From Eledone cirrhosa (lineage: Eukaryota), in assembly GCA_964016885.1 (NCBI GenBank), contig OZ024741.1, positions 212,474,001 through 212,538,000 on the forward strand: 64,000 bases of DNA, in the 5' to 3' direction. The notes beneath the pieces are model-generated. The model made no database searches and was not told the DNA's origin. It was given only the letters and a program-made list of their open reading frames with translations. Shown piece after piece: positions 11,103 through 24,782 of the stretch. The translations under genes and the position numbers were made by a program. Within the stretch, counting starts at the first letter, position 1; each line of letters starts with the position of its first letter.

Positions 11103-11390
11103 TTTGCTGAAAGGTGGATGAGAGTGGCGAACATGGTACTAGTGAACGGGTCTGCTCTAAGAATGCATTTGTAAATGAGAGGAAGACAACTGGGTGAATA
11201 CACTTGCCTTAATAGGCGGGGTGACTGGAATTTTGTAGGTTGTTTTTTATATCAGTGTGACTCGGAGGTCTCCTCCCTATTGAGAATTTTTTTTGATTTA
11301 TTTCGGTATTTCAATTTGTTACGTTTACATATACACCCACATTGTATCGCACCGTCCCTGATCGTTAGGTAATTATAACTATTATTATTG
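11103..11390 (+). mobile_element. Tx1-like LINE 3' fragment (end of ORF2 plus 3'UTR)
   Basis: TTTGCTGAAAGGTGGATGAGAG..GTGAACGGGTCTGCTCT..CACTTGCC aligns to 24711-24840; ends in ATT repeats. Confidence 0.6.
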
Positions 11391-11810
11391 TAGATTGGTA
11401 GAATATTTAGGATTGATCAGAAAAGGAACTGAGAATTATTTTAGAATGTTCCCTGGCTTATCATCCCTGCAAGAAGCGCAAAACATTGTTTTAATGCGTA
11501 CGACACACGTATTTGAAAAATCACTTACATATTTCTTTTCATACATTTATTAGATTATATTCCATGATTATGTAAGTTGTAAATAACTAAGTACTCTTTT
11601 ATGATTGAATATCGTTTTGTTGTAAATATGATTTTAAACAGAGAGATGATATACTTTTAATTGTGACGTGAATAGTCTGATGTGTTTAATGTTGTGGCTT
11701 ATCAATATATGCAGTGATTTTCTCCGCACTAGAAGTTGGGAAGACACTCGGCATTAAATGCAAACACAACTGAAGGAAGAGGAAAACTACAAACCATAAT
11801 AATAATAATA

Positions 11811-11975
11811 ATGGTTTCAACTTTAGATACGAGGTCAACGATTTGGGTGTAGGTAAAAGTCGATTAAATCGACCCCAGGACGTTACTGGTAATTTATTCT
11901 ATCCACCCGCAAGGATGAAAGGCAAAGTTAACCTCGGCGGGATTTGAACTCAGAATATAAAGGCCGGTAACTAAA
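11811..11975 (-). mobile_element. SINE-A copy, 5' truncated
   Basis: Family homology. Confidence 0.75.
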
Positions 11976-11979
11976 TGAA

Positions 11980-12455
11980 TAAGGACAGTGGGGCTTTACA
12001 TATATCAATTTAACAGAAAAATATATAATGTAACAAAAATTATAAATAGATTTCTCCAATAAGGGAGAGCATAATTTATACAGTACATCCACTCTACATT
12101 CTTCCACCTTTTACTATATATACCGGGGTCCGCATTTCTCAATCTACCGTCAGCTTCTTTTCCAAATGGAACTTGCAAAGGTCGATTAGGGCTTGGCCGA
12201 AGATGAATGTGTCTGTCTTCCCTAGTTTCAATCCCCTACACCACCGCTTTCTCCATAGCCCACAGACAGTGGAAAATTGCCTGCCATTCCCTGGCAAAAG
12301 AAGGCGGTAGGATGATCGTCACGATGGAGTCGGTCGACATGAGACAACAGCTGTACGACAAAACTCAGATAAGCCAGCAATGCGCGGACATTGGACGATT
12401 ACATGCAGAACGGTTTCATTGCTCTGCGCACTTGTCCAACAGATCCATCTTATAG
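11980..12455 (-). mobile_element. Degenerate Tx1-like LINE 3' fragment
   Basis: Minus strand encodes ETVLHVIVQCP and FGQALIDLCKFHLEKK, matching ETVLHALVQCP and FGDALINFFKFHLKRK of the LINE at 24.4-24.7 kb. Confidence 0.7.
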
Positions 12456-12819
12456 TACTCAATACCTGTAATTGTTGTCATTGTTGTCTTGTGCGGTGTT
12501 TACACTTGTTGATCATTGACCGTTCCATTCTATAGACAGCCGTCTGTTCATTTTGCGCATGACATTGCTTTATTCACCATGGCTTTATTTTTAAAAATCA
12601 ATCACAGATTCTGCTGTCAATGGCTGAAAATGGGGGAAATCTGACGGATTTTGTAGGATCCTGATTGCTTTAGCCACAAAACTATACAAACGTTCCACCA
12701 AAAGAAAACTGTTTCAGAACAAGGTGAATGAACAACAAACTCACGGAGCGATGTGTAAACACGTTGTCGAGACACTAAACAAATAGTGATGATGACGATG
12801 ATGATTATAATGATGAATG

Positions 12820-13190
12820 TCTTCTAATTGATGTATGTATCTCCCCAAACAATATATCCATCAAGAATATTGAATAATTATCCAAATATGAAGGTCTGGA
12901 GAAAGAAATAACCTGAAAGTAAATGATGATAACAGAAACGATCCCTATAATAAGAGGTGTTCTTGGAATGATAAAAAGAACCTAGACACAGACATAACCA
13001 AAACTTACAATATATATACAGAATACACAGAATAAGCACTACTAAGTTGTGCACACACATTAGGAAGATTACTCTCAATACGTTAGAAATAACACTTCAC
13101 CAACAAAGCCAAAGTACACAGGTCTCTGTTTAGTAATACAGTGAAAACACGGAGTAAAAATAAAATTAATATCAATAATGATAAATCTTA
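12820..13190 (+). mobile_element. Degenerate R4/Dong-like 3' fragment
   Basis: Translates as LLIDVCISPNNISIKNIE*LSKYEGLEKEI..ETIPIIRGVLGMIK, homologous to LLIDMSVPIDKNVSIK..LSKYKDLEIEI..KTIPVVVGALGMIP at 25.3-25.5 kb. Confidence 0.7.
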
Positions 13191-13407
13191 ATTATTCCGA
13201 CTTAATTACAATTTCTCTGGCTAGTCGAAAACACTTATTAATTTTGCCAGTAATTTCTGGAACATGAAAATGTTTTAGCACTTTCATCTATACTAGTCCC
13301 TTCCTAAATATCTCCTGACAAATGTTTTGCTCGTTGTACAAATCATTTTCCTGCATTTGCTTGTATTTAGTTTCATGCTGCCCTTGTAGAAACAATTATT
13401 TCTTATG

Positions 13408-13597
13408 GGGCGGTGAATTGGCAGTATCGGTAGAGAGTCGGACGCTATGCTTTGCAACATAGTTACGTCCCTTTACGATCTGAGTTCAAATCCCGCCGAG
13501 GTTAACTTTGACTTTCATCCTTACGGGGTCGATAAAATAAAGTACCAGTAATGTACTGCATAATTGCTGGCCTTGTGCCAAAAGTAGAAACAATTAT
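13408..13597 (+). mobile_element. SINE-A copy
   Basis: Full-length family match; TSD ATTATTTCTT. Confidence 0.85.
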
Positions 13598-14069
13598 TTC
13601 TTTGCTCTTTGGCAGAATTGTTAGAGTGTGGGATACTCTGATTTCTTGTGTTTTGTTAAGTCTCATGTTCAGGCGGCGAATTAACAGAACCATTAGAACG
13701 TCAGATAGATTACTTTATGGTATTTATTCCGGCTCTCTGCTCTCCGAGATCAAATCCTGCTGAGGTCAACTTTGCCTTTCATCCTTTCGAGGTTGATAAA
13801 AAAGTACCATTCTAGTACTGGGATCAATTCTTCCTCTATATGTCTTTCTCATTTCCTCTCTCTCTCATTTCTATCTTTTCTGTGAAGAAATCTGCAGTAG
13901 TCAGGCCTGGAGAGGGATGGGCTCCGCCAGGCTTAAAATGTCCATGAAACGCCGCATATCAATACGACACCCCTACGACTCTATCAGGAGTTACAGGTTC
14001 TCACATACATTATGTTCAGGTTTCAAATCATGTCCATTTGTCTTTCATTCTTCCGGGGTTGATAATCTG

Positions 14070-14260
14070 ACTACTCACCACCATAGGCTCGGAGTTGTCT
14101 ACCCGCTTGTATGAGCTTCGCGAGCTAGAATGGCTCTTCCAGCCTGCTCTATTCTGTCCGCCGGGACCTCGGAGCGGCCTGTGAATGAGCTCACATTTGC
14201 ATATGATAGTGAGGGATGTGGAGAGCGAGAGAGACGGGGGGCATTGAGTGAAATACGCAC
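14070..14260 (+). mobile_element. CRE-clade retrotransposon 3' fragment; another at ~34575-34770
   Basis: LLTTIG..ELEWLFQ coding sequence homologous to 43980-44110. Confidence 0.6.
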
Positions 14261-14612
14261 ACAGGCACATGATAAGACGATAGATGTTATCTATAAAATG
14301 GTGTGGGTCTAAGAGAGTTTCTAATGGTATAATAATACAACTCCAGAATATATACCCCCCCCCCCATATATAAACTGTCAGACAAGTAATTAAGACAATC
14401 TTATAGACTTTTTCCTGACACCAAAAATGACTGGTTTTGTTCATAAATTAGAAAACATAAATATTATTAGTTAGGTCAAAATCGGTAGAAAAACGGACAA
14501 AATGCTCTGTGGCATAGGGTTCTGTGTTCAAATCCCACCTAGGTTAGCTGTGCCTTTCATACTTACGGGTTCGATACAATAAAGTACGAGTAACACACTG
14601 GAATAGATTAAA

Positions 14613-14833
14613 CCCTTTAGCATTTACATTATTCTATATTTACTATTTTATTTTCACAGTAAAGGCTTTATCTTACATAATTAACTCACATAATATCGAA
14701 TCTACAAGATTTTGATGACATTTATTTTGGGAACAATACCTTAACATAGGTATGAGTGGCCATTTACAGCCGGTTTGATCAGAAAGAGATGAGAGAGATC
14801 TGCCTGGATATGGCCGGTTTAAATGCTAAAGGG
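14613..14833. mobile_element. piggyBac-type MITE inserted in a SINE
   Basis: TIR CCCTTTAGCATTTA / TAAATGCTAAAGGG, flanked by TTAA(A) on the left and TTAA on the right; splits the SINE motif GATTTAATCGAC. Confidence 0.7.
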
Positions 14834-14897
14834 TTAATCGACATTTCCCTCCAACAAAACTGATGTAATTTTGCCTAAACTAGAAATCATTAGTAGT

Positions 14898-15123
14898 GGG
14901 AGGTTTGGCCGAGTCCTTAGAGCACCAGACGCGGGGGTTGGACGAGTCCTTAGAGAACCATACAGGAGATTGGCCGAGCCCTTAGAGCACCAGATGGGGG
15001 GTTGGCCGAGTTCTTAAAGCATTATACGAGGGGCTGGCCGAGTCCTTAGAGCACCAGACGGGGGTTGGCCGAGTCCTTAGAGCACCAGACGGGGGTTTGG
15101 CCGAGTCCTTAGAGCAGCAGACG
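14898..15123 (+). repeat. Minisatellite, 7 x ~32 bp (GGGGTTGGCCGAGTCCTTAGAGCACCAGAC)
   Basis: Read directly; continues into a SINE B box and body at 15150-15290. Confidence 0.9.
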
Positions 15124-15328
15124 AATGCTTAACTACATTTGTTCCACATTTCTACGTTCAAATCCCACTGGGATCAACTTTTCCTTTCATCATTCTGAAA
15201 TCAATAAAGTAGAGTGCCATTCAAGAACTGAGATCGATATGATCGAAATTTTCCTCGCCTAACATTGCTGGCCCTTTGCCTAATATGTATACTTTTATAG
15301 ATGGTGTTAAGGCGTCGCATAGAATACA

Positions 15329-15618
15329 TAATTGTTTCTACTTTAGGCACAAGGCCAGCAATTACCCAGTGCATTACTGGTACTTTATTTTATCGACCCC
15401 GTAAGGATGAAAGGCAAAGTTAACCTCGGCGGGATTTGAACTCAGTCCGTAAAGGGACGTAACTGTGCTGCAAAGCACGGCGTCCGACCCTCTACCGATA
15501 CTGCCAATTCACCACCCTAATTCACCGCATAGAATACACAATTGTTTCTACTTTAGGCATAAGGCCAGCAATTACCCAGTGCATTACTGGTACTTTATTT
15601 TATCGACCCCGTAAGGAT
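15329..15618 (-). mobile_element. SINE-A copy plus 3' partial copy
   Basis: Family homology; duplicated flank CGCATAGAATACA. Confidence 0.85.
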
Positions 15619-16514
15619 AATGTTATCCATTCCGCTTCTTTCCGCTGTTGAGTTTAAATACCAGCAAGTGGGTCGATAAAGTAAGGTAAAGGGGTAAATA
15701 GCCCCTTCGGTTACGAATGACCATAGGATTTGTAGCTAGAAAGTTCCCCGGGTAAGGTTGTTTGCGGAAACCTAACTGTCACCTCTGAATATCAATCTCC
15801 CCCACTCCACGCCACTGATATTGTCCAAGGGAAAGGCAATGACAGATACAGCTTGGCACCAGTGACGTCGCAACTCATTTCTACGTCTGAGTAAACTGAA
15901 ACAACGTGAAATAAAGTGTCTAGCTGTCAAATCTTCTTGCTTTCTTTATCTCTTTCTCTCACCCTGGGTCTCTCTCTATAACCCTCTTTCTCTACCTCTC
16001 CCTCTCTCTTTCCCTCTCCTCCACCTTTTCTCTATGCCTCTATCTCACTCTCCATCTTTCACTGAACTTTTCATTCTCCATCTCTCTAAACTTCCCCTCT
16101 CCTCTCTCACACAACCTAATCCAGTAATCGAACTCTCGAAATTATCATCAAAAATCCAACACCCTTAACACTAGGCCACGTCCCTCGATGCATAAAACTA
16201 TTTCCGCAAACACAACCTACAACATTATGATCATATGTTCAACACCCTGACCAATAAATCACAAGTCTCTACAGGGGCAAATATTTTCCTTGATCCAACA
16301 TTTTCGTACGTTACATGTTATGCGCCCTTTCCCGGTTAAATTCGGGATCATGGGATTTGGACGAAATAGATTTGTTTGCTATTTTCATCAAATGTCTACT
16401 CCGTATCTACTTTGGTTCTGTTTATACTGCAATGCTACAAATATCTTTTCATTCGTTGCTTTTTTCGTGACAAGTATAAAAGTATATGAGTAATAGTATT
16501 GACTTTTCATGTTA

Positions 16515-16561
<47 letters not shown>

Positions 16562-16658
16562 AACGCAAATATATATACCTATATAAACACACACACACAC
16601 ATATATATATGTATGTATACAACATATAAATATATATATGCATACATATATGTATATG

Positions 16659-16690
<32 letters not shown>

Positions 16691-16775
16691 AGACTGATAT
16701 ATATATATATATGTATTTATATATATATATATATATATACACTTACATATATACATATATGTATACATATATATG

Positions 16776-16837
<62 letters not shown>

Positions 16838-17235
16838 TAAAGATACATATATTATATAAGAAGTGGACTCTTTTCATCTTTCTCTGTGTGCATTATATAT
16901 TCATGCTTATCGATGGAATAACTTCTTTTAAAATCAATATTTATCTGTTGCCGTGTGAAGACACAGTTATCGATTCATCAGTACATGAATATTATCTCAG
17001 CAATAAAAAATCTATAAAACCCCGAAATTAAAATATAATATACAAACTTATAGATTTTTATGAGTTCAAAGAGATATCATTGGAAAATTGAAGGTCAAAT
17101 CAATTACTATATATTGAGCTGATATTTACTGTAAACTACAATCTGATACGATTATTAACATTTCGGCCCTGGTATAACATGCAAATCATAGGTCACTGAT
17201 ATAATACAGACATACACACACACACACCTGTGTAT

Positions 17236-17303
<68 letters not shown>

Positions 17304-17644
17304 ATGATCTTATTTGTGTTATGTGCTTTGGTCAACTGGTTCTCTAAGTACTCAGAAGTGTATCAAATGCTATTACTGATACCTGTTTCAAATTCACATG
17401 AAGCCATTTGAACCTTTATCCTATGCTACAAGTGTTGAACTGGTGAAGTGTTGTGGTATTGGACCTCAGTCGGTGGTGACGAGGCGTTTTCCAGGGATTT
17501 GAGCTCGTGAAATTAACATGATGTGACTGAGCTCTCCATAATCACGTGCACAGAAGTCTTAACATATTACTCAGGGCGATACAGAAACAAGACTGAAGTG
17601 ACCCTTAGAATTACAGGTATAGTTTATCTTGTATTATATTGTAA

Positions 17645-17836
17645 GTGGCAGTGGATTGGCAGTATCGATAGAGCGTCGGACGCCATGCTTTGCAGCAAAG
17701 AGTTACGGCCCTTTGTGGTCTGAGTTCAAATCCCGCCGAGGTTCACTTTGCAATTTATCCTTACGGGGTCGATAAAATAAAGTACCAGTAATGCACTGGG
17801 TAATTGCTGGCCTTGTGCCAAAAGTAGAATCAATTA
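17645..17836 (+). mobile_element. SINE-A copy
   Basis: Family homology; TSD ATTATATTGTAAGTG. Confidence 0.85.
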
Positions 17837-18002
17837 TATTGTAAGTGTTTGAGCATTCCATAGAAACATGCACCCTTAATGTGGTTCTTAGGGAAATTCG
17901 GCGTGACAACTTGTATGACCTGGCTGGTCATTTGGATAACAGGTACAGCTTATATTTGCCAGCTAAGTAGACTGGAATAACTTGAAATAATATTTTGATT
18001 GT

Positions 18003-18630
18003 GGAAACAATATTTCCATTGGTCTTTTCATTACTTATACAGTCTATTGATTATACACCCTGCTAGAAGAAATGAGAGGCGCTGATAGTCAGATCAAACC
18101 AAGGAAACGATATTTCCAATGGTTTTTCAATAGCTGATACTGTCTATCAGTCGTAACTTGTACCAGAAGAAAGAAAAGGAGCAGATAGTCAGATCAAACC
18201 AAGGAAACGATATATCCAATTGTTTTACCATAGCTGATACTGTCTATCAGTCGTAACTTGTAGCAGAAGAAATGGGAGAATCTGATAGTCAGATCAAACC
18301 AAAGAAACAACATTTCCAATTGTTTTTACATAGCTGATACTATCTATCAGCCGTAACTTGTTGCAGAAGAAAGGAAAGGAGCAGATAGTCAGATCAAACC
18401 AAGGAAACGATATTTCCATTGGTCTTTTCATTACTTATACAGTCTAATAATCATACCTCCTGCCAGAAGAGATCAGGGAAGGAACTGGTTGTCAAATAAG
18501 CAGAAAATATTATTTCCATTGATCTTACCATTGCTGATATTATCTGTCATTCGTTACTACTATTGGAAGAAAGAGAAGCAGACGATAATGAAATGTCGAC
18601 AACGTAACAATATTTCCATTCGTGATACTA
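18003..18630. repeat. 100-bp tandem repeat (~6 units) inside a CORE-like SINE
   Basis: GATAGTCAGATCAAACC at 18084, 18184, 18284 and 18384; unit homologous to 3340-3440 in reverse complement. Confidence 0.85.
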
Positions 18631-19193
18631 TCTGACTGTCGCATCGTGAAATGAAGTATTGACGTCAAGAACACATCGCAGAGCTCGGACAAGGAATCGA
18701 ACCTAAAACCTCATGACTGTATTTCCAACACCTTCACCACGTGTCTTCCCATGTCTCTCAGTCTGCTCTCGATTCTTCCTCTACGCAGATTCCATTTCAT
18801 CATCATCGCCTGCTTCTTCTTTTCCTCTTCTATTTCACCTTTTACTTTTTCTTCTTATACTTTTCCTTCTTATACTTTTCCTTCTTATACTTTTCCTTCT
18901 TCTTCTTCTTCTTCTTCTTCTTCTTCTTCTTCTTCTTCTTCTTCTTCTTCGTATTATCATTATTATTATTATTATTATAGAATGCTATGGTTGACGGAGG
19001 CTCGGCTCTGTAAGGTATTGTAAATTTTGACTGCTATAACAATTGTAAATTGTTTAAAATTTTAACCAAAGTGTAGACAAAAACATCCTCCTCCTCGTGA
19101 GAGGGGTCTTTCTTCCCGTTATTTGGCCCTTCGGGGTTTAATAACCGCTTATTGGGGGTTTTGTGGCCAATATTTATTTTAAACAAAAAAAAC

Positions 19194-21328
19194 ATGGCTA
19201 CGAAAAAGAATTTTCATAGGTCACTCCCACTCATTCCGTCTTCTTCTTCCTCAATCGTCACTACAGCAGAGAGAAGATTGTCTCTTTCCCTCCCTTCTCT
19301 AAATGTGTCTCTCTCCCTCCCTTCTCTTTCGCAAGCGACGCCAGAAAAGAAAAATCACGTGCAAAGCGTGCAAGATTTCTCCACGTCGACAACGAAGAAA
19401 AAGGTGTGCGGGAAATACGAAAACCCATTTCATTCGTCTGACGTCAGGAATAATAGCAGTAGCAGCCGTAATAACAGCAGCAGCAGCAACAGTGACAAGG
19501 AAAACAAACAACAGTAGCAGCCGCAACAGCATCAGCAGCAGCATAAACAACAATAGCATTAGCAGCAACAGCAACAACAACAGCAGCAGCAGCAACAACA
19601 ACAACAACCACAGCAACAGCGGCGGCGGCAGTAGTCGTAGTACCTGCAGCAACAACAAAAGTAACAGCAGCTCTGATGACAACAACAACAACAACAACAA
19701 CAACAGCAGCAAAGAAAAACCAATCACATTTGCAGGTATCGCAAAGAACCTGGAAACCATCCTCATAACAAATGAGGTATTACAGGAAGCGAAGAAGATG
19801 GTGACGAAACCGGAAACCGAGCAATCTGCAAGGCAGCCGAAAATATTTTCGAAACCCAACAGCACTGTACGGTCACGTACAGTAAGCACAAAATCCCGTA
19901 GGGTTGAAAGAGCAACAGAGGCTCAAATACAAAAAGCCTTAGGGTCTGTGTGGCAGCGGAAAACGCACATCACCCGAGGCAAGAAATATGCCACCGTAGA
20001 CGTGCTTTTTGCCACACCCCAGGAGGCAAAGGCTCAATCCTTAGTGACCCTAAGGAGCGAGGAAATGGTGTTGGTGCCCTCCTACTGCGGGCAAAAAATT
20101 GTGATGGTCAAATTGACCCCCCCCCCCCCCCGGGATGGCCCCTTCTTGGCTGGCCGCGTCTGTCCTCGTCGGAATCAAGGACAAAACAACTGTACTGCAA
20201 GTACTAAAAAAAGTAAGAGAAGATTGGGTCGGCCCCTCCATTGAGATGTTAATCCAAACCAACCAGGAGTGCATCGAAGCTATCCCAGGTGTGATAGACT
20301 TCGATAGCGGCACTCAACTGCCCATAAGTGTTGAGAGAAAACGCCCGAAATGCTTTCGCTGTGGATCGAAGACTCACCTCAGGGCCTTCTGCAACGAGAA
20401 GACCCTGAGAAAGAGAAAACCCCCTCCTTCCGAAACCGGCTCCACGGCTACCAGCAACAGGACAAGCGGCAACCAGGAACGATAGGTCCGTGGCACCCAT
20501 ACCCACGCCACGGAAATCAAGAACAGCAGCAGCAGTGGAAGTATTAACAACAACAACAGCAATACCAAATGCAGCTGCAACGGAGACTCCACTGCAAACA
20601 TCACCAACAACAACAAGTGAAAGAGTGGAGCTGGTACCCCTCCCCGACCTCACAGAATCAGACATGGAGTGTAAGGTGGAGAGGGATGGCAAAAGGTCGT
20701 AAGAAGGCGCAAACGCAGAAGTAGCGCATCATCGCCTTCGAAAAGGGAGGACAGAAATGAAAAAAAGGGTAAAGGCTACTGCAAAGAGACTCACAGCAGC
20801 AACACCACCAACACCATCACCACCCACACTAGCACCACCATCACCACCGGCGACAACCCCACCGCCAACAACAACAACACCTTCAAAACCAACACCACAA
20901 GCACCAACATCGCAAACACAACAACAAAACACACACACTCAGCAACAACAACAAGGAAATAGCAGAACCCCACCCCACCCCCAGAAAAACAAATGCACGG
21001 CAATAAATACACACAACAAGAAACTAATAACTTACATAATTGAACACACAGACATTTCACAGCACGACTACATAATACCAGCAGCAATCAAAACGCCAAC
21101 GAACTGCTAAAAATAGCACAGAAACAATACGCAAACATTAAAACGAAATTCCCCAACGCAGTTGGTGATTTCAGAGACCTAGGAGGGACTCTCAACCGGA
21201 GAGTATATTCAGACATACTCATAGAAGAGCCGAAGACCAGCCGTAGGGACAATCCAACGGTCCCTTCACCAGACGATCAAGTGAAAATGGATGGCGAAAC
21301 CATCCTTCCTCTACGAAAAGTACGGTAA
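19194..21328 (+). pseudogene. LINE ORF1 (gag-like), frameshifted
   Basis: ATG at 19194; CCHC knuckle CFRCGSKTHLRAFC at ~20350; Asn/Ser/Gln and Thr/Pro low-complexity tracts; several frame changes. Confidence 0.7.
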
Positions 21329-21363
21329 GTGGTCTTTCCCATCTTTTCCACTCTATTTTAAAC

Positions 21364-24300
21364 ATGACCTCACTCAGAATAGGCAGCGTAAATGCGCGTG
21401 GCTTGGGGTCGTCATGGAAGCAGGGTCACCTGCTCAACGACCTCAGGTAATTAAACATAGATGTAGTGGCTATCAGCGAGACCAGAATCTCCGAAGCACG
21501 GGCCTTCGCACCGATCCTTGGCGGCTACGATGTGTACGCATCTCCCAGCCGTCCTGGGTCGGGGGGGGGGGGGGGAGTTGCTGTGCTTTTTCGGAGAGGT
21601 TTGGATCTCGCCATACGGGCCATCTTCCTGGACCCAGAGGGTAAGTTGGTGGTGCTGGACGTGACTAGTGGAGACGGGCAAGCTTTCAGGCTAGTGGCCG
21701 TCTATGCCCCGACAGGAGCAGGGCGGCCTGATTTCTTCCGGCGTCTGGAGACCTTTCTTGGAACGTCCCGCTCTTTAGTGTTAGTGGGCGACTGGAACGG
21801 GATCTTAGATGCACGCTGGGACTGTGTGGGATTAGCGGATAGGGGTGGAGGGTACAAGAGCCTCACCAATCTGCTCAGGCGTTTTGAACTGTCTGACAGG
21901 TACCGATTGGATTTCCCGAATGTGCCAATATGGTCTTGGACAAATCGCATAGGGTCATCCAGATCATATCTAGATAGAGTATTTTGTAGGGAAATAGATA
22001 GGTCTAGCAGAGGCTGTCCACAATTAAAGATAGTCAGCTACACGGACCACAAATTCGTGATCTGTGTGCTTGACTTAGATAGGCTTCATAGACGAGGACC
22101 CGGCTACTGGAAGCTAAACGCGTCCTTACCAGCGCGCAAGGCCTACAGAGACCGGATTAGCGAATTAGTTAAGCGGTCGTTGACGGTGGCCATCGTCAAC
22201 AACAAGTGGTGTTTTGCTCTGAAAAGAGCGATTAGAATAGAATCCATTAGGTTTAGTAAGGCTTTAGCAATAGAGAAAAATAGAGCAGAGGGAGAACTAG
22301 CTAGAAAATTAGACGAAGCGTTTAGCAAAGGCATCGCGACCGACGTACTTGCGGCATAATTGGCCCTTGACCAATTCTTCAATGCAAAGCACGAAGGCTG
22401 CGTTGTCAGAGCTAGGGTGCGTGCTCTCAGACACGAGGGAATGAAAGCCGTTCAATGGGCCCGAGTGGCGGAGGCGCGTCGTGGTAACAAAGTCACGATA
22501 CGGTCTTTGGTGGACCACGACGGGCGCATGTTACTCGATCCCGGGCAAATGTGTGAAGCTTTTCAGCGACACTTCGCACAGCTGTTCGGGGGCAGTGGCG
22601 GGCCGGATCGAGGGATGGACTTTAGTGTCTACCTCGACGGACTGCTGCGGCTCTCGGCCACTGAGGCGGAGTGTTGCGAAAAGCCGATAACAGCCGCTGA
22701 AGTACGGGAGGCAATGACTGGCTGCACAAGGAGTAAATCGCCTGGTTTGGATGGTCTGCCCTATTAACTTTACGTACAGATGCCAGACTTGTTCGGAAGC
22801 CTCTTGGCGGACGTCTACTGCAACTGGCAACAGAACGGGAGAATTCCCAGCTCTGTGAGCCGAGGAGCGGTGGCACTGCTGAGAAAGGATCCGAACATGG
22901 GGGATAACATAGATAATTTCAGGCCCATAACTCTGCTAAACACAGAGTTCAAGATTTTGGCCAAGGTGCTAGCAAAGAGGTTGGCGCTTGTCGTTGGTGG
23001 TCTGGTGGGAGAGGCGTAGACATGCGCCATTGCTGACAGATCCATCCACGACAACCTTCACCTCATGCGATACATCGTAGAGAGGGTAGCTAGGGAACCT
23101 GGCACGGGTGGGTCTTGATCAATTTAGATCAGTCGAAAGCTTTCGATAGGGTCGAACATCGTTACCTAGCGGCAGTCCTGAGGGCGGCTGGCTTTGGGCC
23201 CGTCTTCAAAGGCTGGATCGCTGACACGCACAGCGACATCTGCTCTGTGGTGAGAGTGAACGGTCACCTTTCGGAACCGTTCAACATCATGCGCTCGGTC
23301 CGCCAAGGATGTCCCCTCTCGTCCTTCTTGTACATATTGACTCTCGAGCCATTACTGCACAAACTGGAGACGTTGAGGGGGGTCCCGCGCGAACTAGAAT
23401 GCGGAAGATCCGTGTCAGCATTTGCGGACGATGTCACCGTAGTGGTGTCGAACGCCAAACATCGACGCCATCGGCACTACACTAAGAGAATACGGAGCGG
23501 TGACAGGAGCAATGATCAACCAGGAAATGTCAGTGGGCCTGCAGCTCGGCACCTGGAGAGGCAGGTCCATGCCGTCCAACAGCGTCGCCGGGCGCTGGAC
23601 GGACGGACCGGTTAAATTCCTAGGGGTCTGGTTCGGTCCGGACCTCAGACGGACAAAAACTGGGACGAGTTGACGAGCAGAGTGGGGTCTCTCACCCAGA
23701 AATGGGCGGAGAGGAAGCTATTCCTGAAAGTACGAGCGGAGGTGGCTAACGCGTACATCGCGTCCGTCATCTACTACCGCCTGACCGACGTACCTTGTTT
23801 TAAGCCCCGCCTGACTGCGCTGGAGCGTTTGCTCTTTCGCTTTTTGTGTAAGGGACGCGCTCCGATGGTCAGGTGGTCCATCTGCTGTCAACACCCGCTA
23901 CGTGGATAGCTGGGCATGCCGTGGCTGATGATGCGCAGACACGCGCTCAGGCAATGGCATCTCCATCTCTTCCTCGACGGTGATCAGGTGTGGTCGCCGT
24001 TTGTTAGACACGTCTGTTCCCAGCTCGTCTCCTTGACGGAGCTGCAGTCAAGCGAAGACCGAGAGGGAGCGCTAGGAGACTGGAATGTCTTCAGGCGCTC
24101 ACAGCCCTCGACCAATCGGGCAATGTGATCGGTGGAAACTCTACCTTGGCGTACTATAGAGGGTTAGTGGAGGGTAAGAGCGACGATGTAATTGGAGAAA
24201 CTCTAGGCGTCGACGAAAGTCAACTAGCCTATCTCTTCGGAAGGACTTTCGGGCCGGGGCCTATGGACAACTTCCAGAAATCCCTGGCCTGGCAGTGCTA

Positions 24301-24782
24301 CCGAGGAACTTTGCCAGTTCGGGATAAACTCTACAGGCATGAAGGTGCCATCAGCCGGGCATGTCCGAGATGCGCGCTGGGTGACGAAACCGTTCTGCAC
24401 GCACTCGTCCAGTGTCCGAGCATTCCTGACTTGTGGGTTTATGTTGAACACCTGCTATCACGTGTAGGACGGATCCAGCTATCAGCTGAGTCCATCGTGA
24501 GGATTGCCCCGCCGACTTCCCTTATCCGGGAAGGGCAGGCATTTTTTATCTATTTAGTGGCCATGACGAAAAAGTTAGTATGGTGGACACGTTTGAAAGG
24601 GCTGAAGACGAGCAATTACCTCTTCGGTGATGCCCTGATTAACTTTTTCAAATTTCATTTGAAAAGGAAGGAAAATCACGGTAGAGACGTCAGTGCTCTC
24701 TTCCCAGCATTTTGTTGAAAGATGGGTGAGAGAAGCATGTCTGGCCCGAGTGAATAGGCCTACTCTGAGTATGTGTCTGTAA
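21364..24782 (+). pseudogene. LINE ORF2 (AP endonuclease plus reverse transcriptase), multiple stops and frameshifts
   Basis: MTSLRIGSVNARGL, ISET, VYAP, VGDWN, SYLDR, TDH (APE); KSPGLDG, FRPITLLN, LDQSKAFDRV, VRQGCPLS, FADD (RT); CPRC..ETVLHALVQC. Confidence 0.92.

Noticed and set aside
14898-15123. CRISPR-like appearance of regularly spaced ~30 bp repeats
   Set aside because: No unique spacers, no cas genes, eukaryotic context; the unit is SINE-derived.
19090-19170. Possible HDV-like ribozyme in the LINE 5'UTR (CCC TTCG GGG hairpin)
   Set aside because: Could not assemble the double pseudoknot by eye; only a small hairpin is supported.
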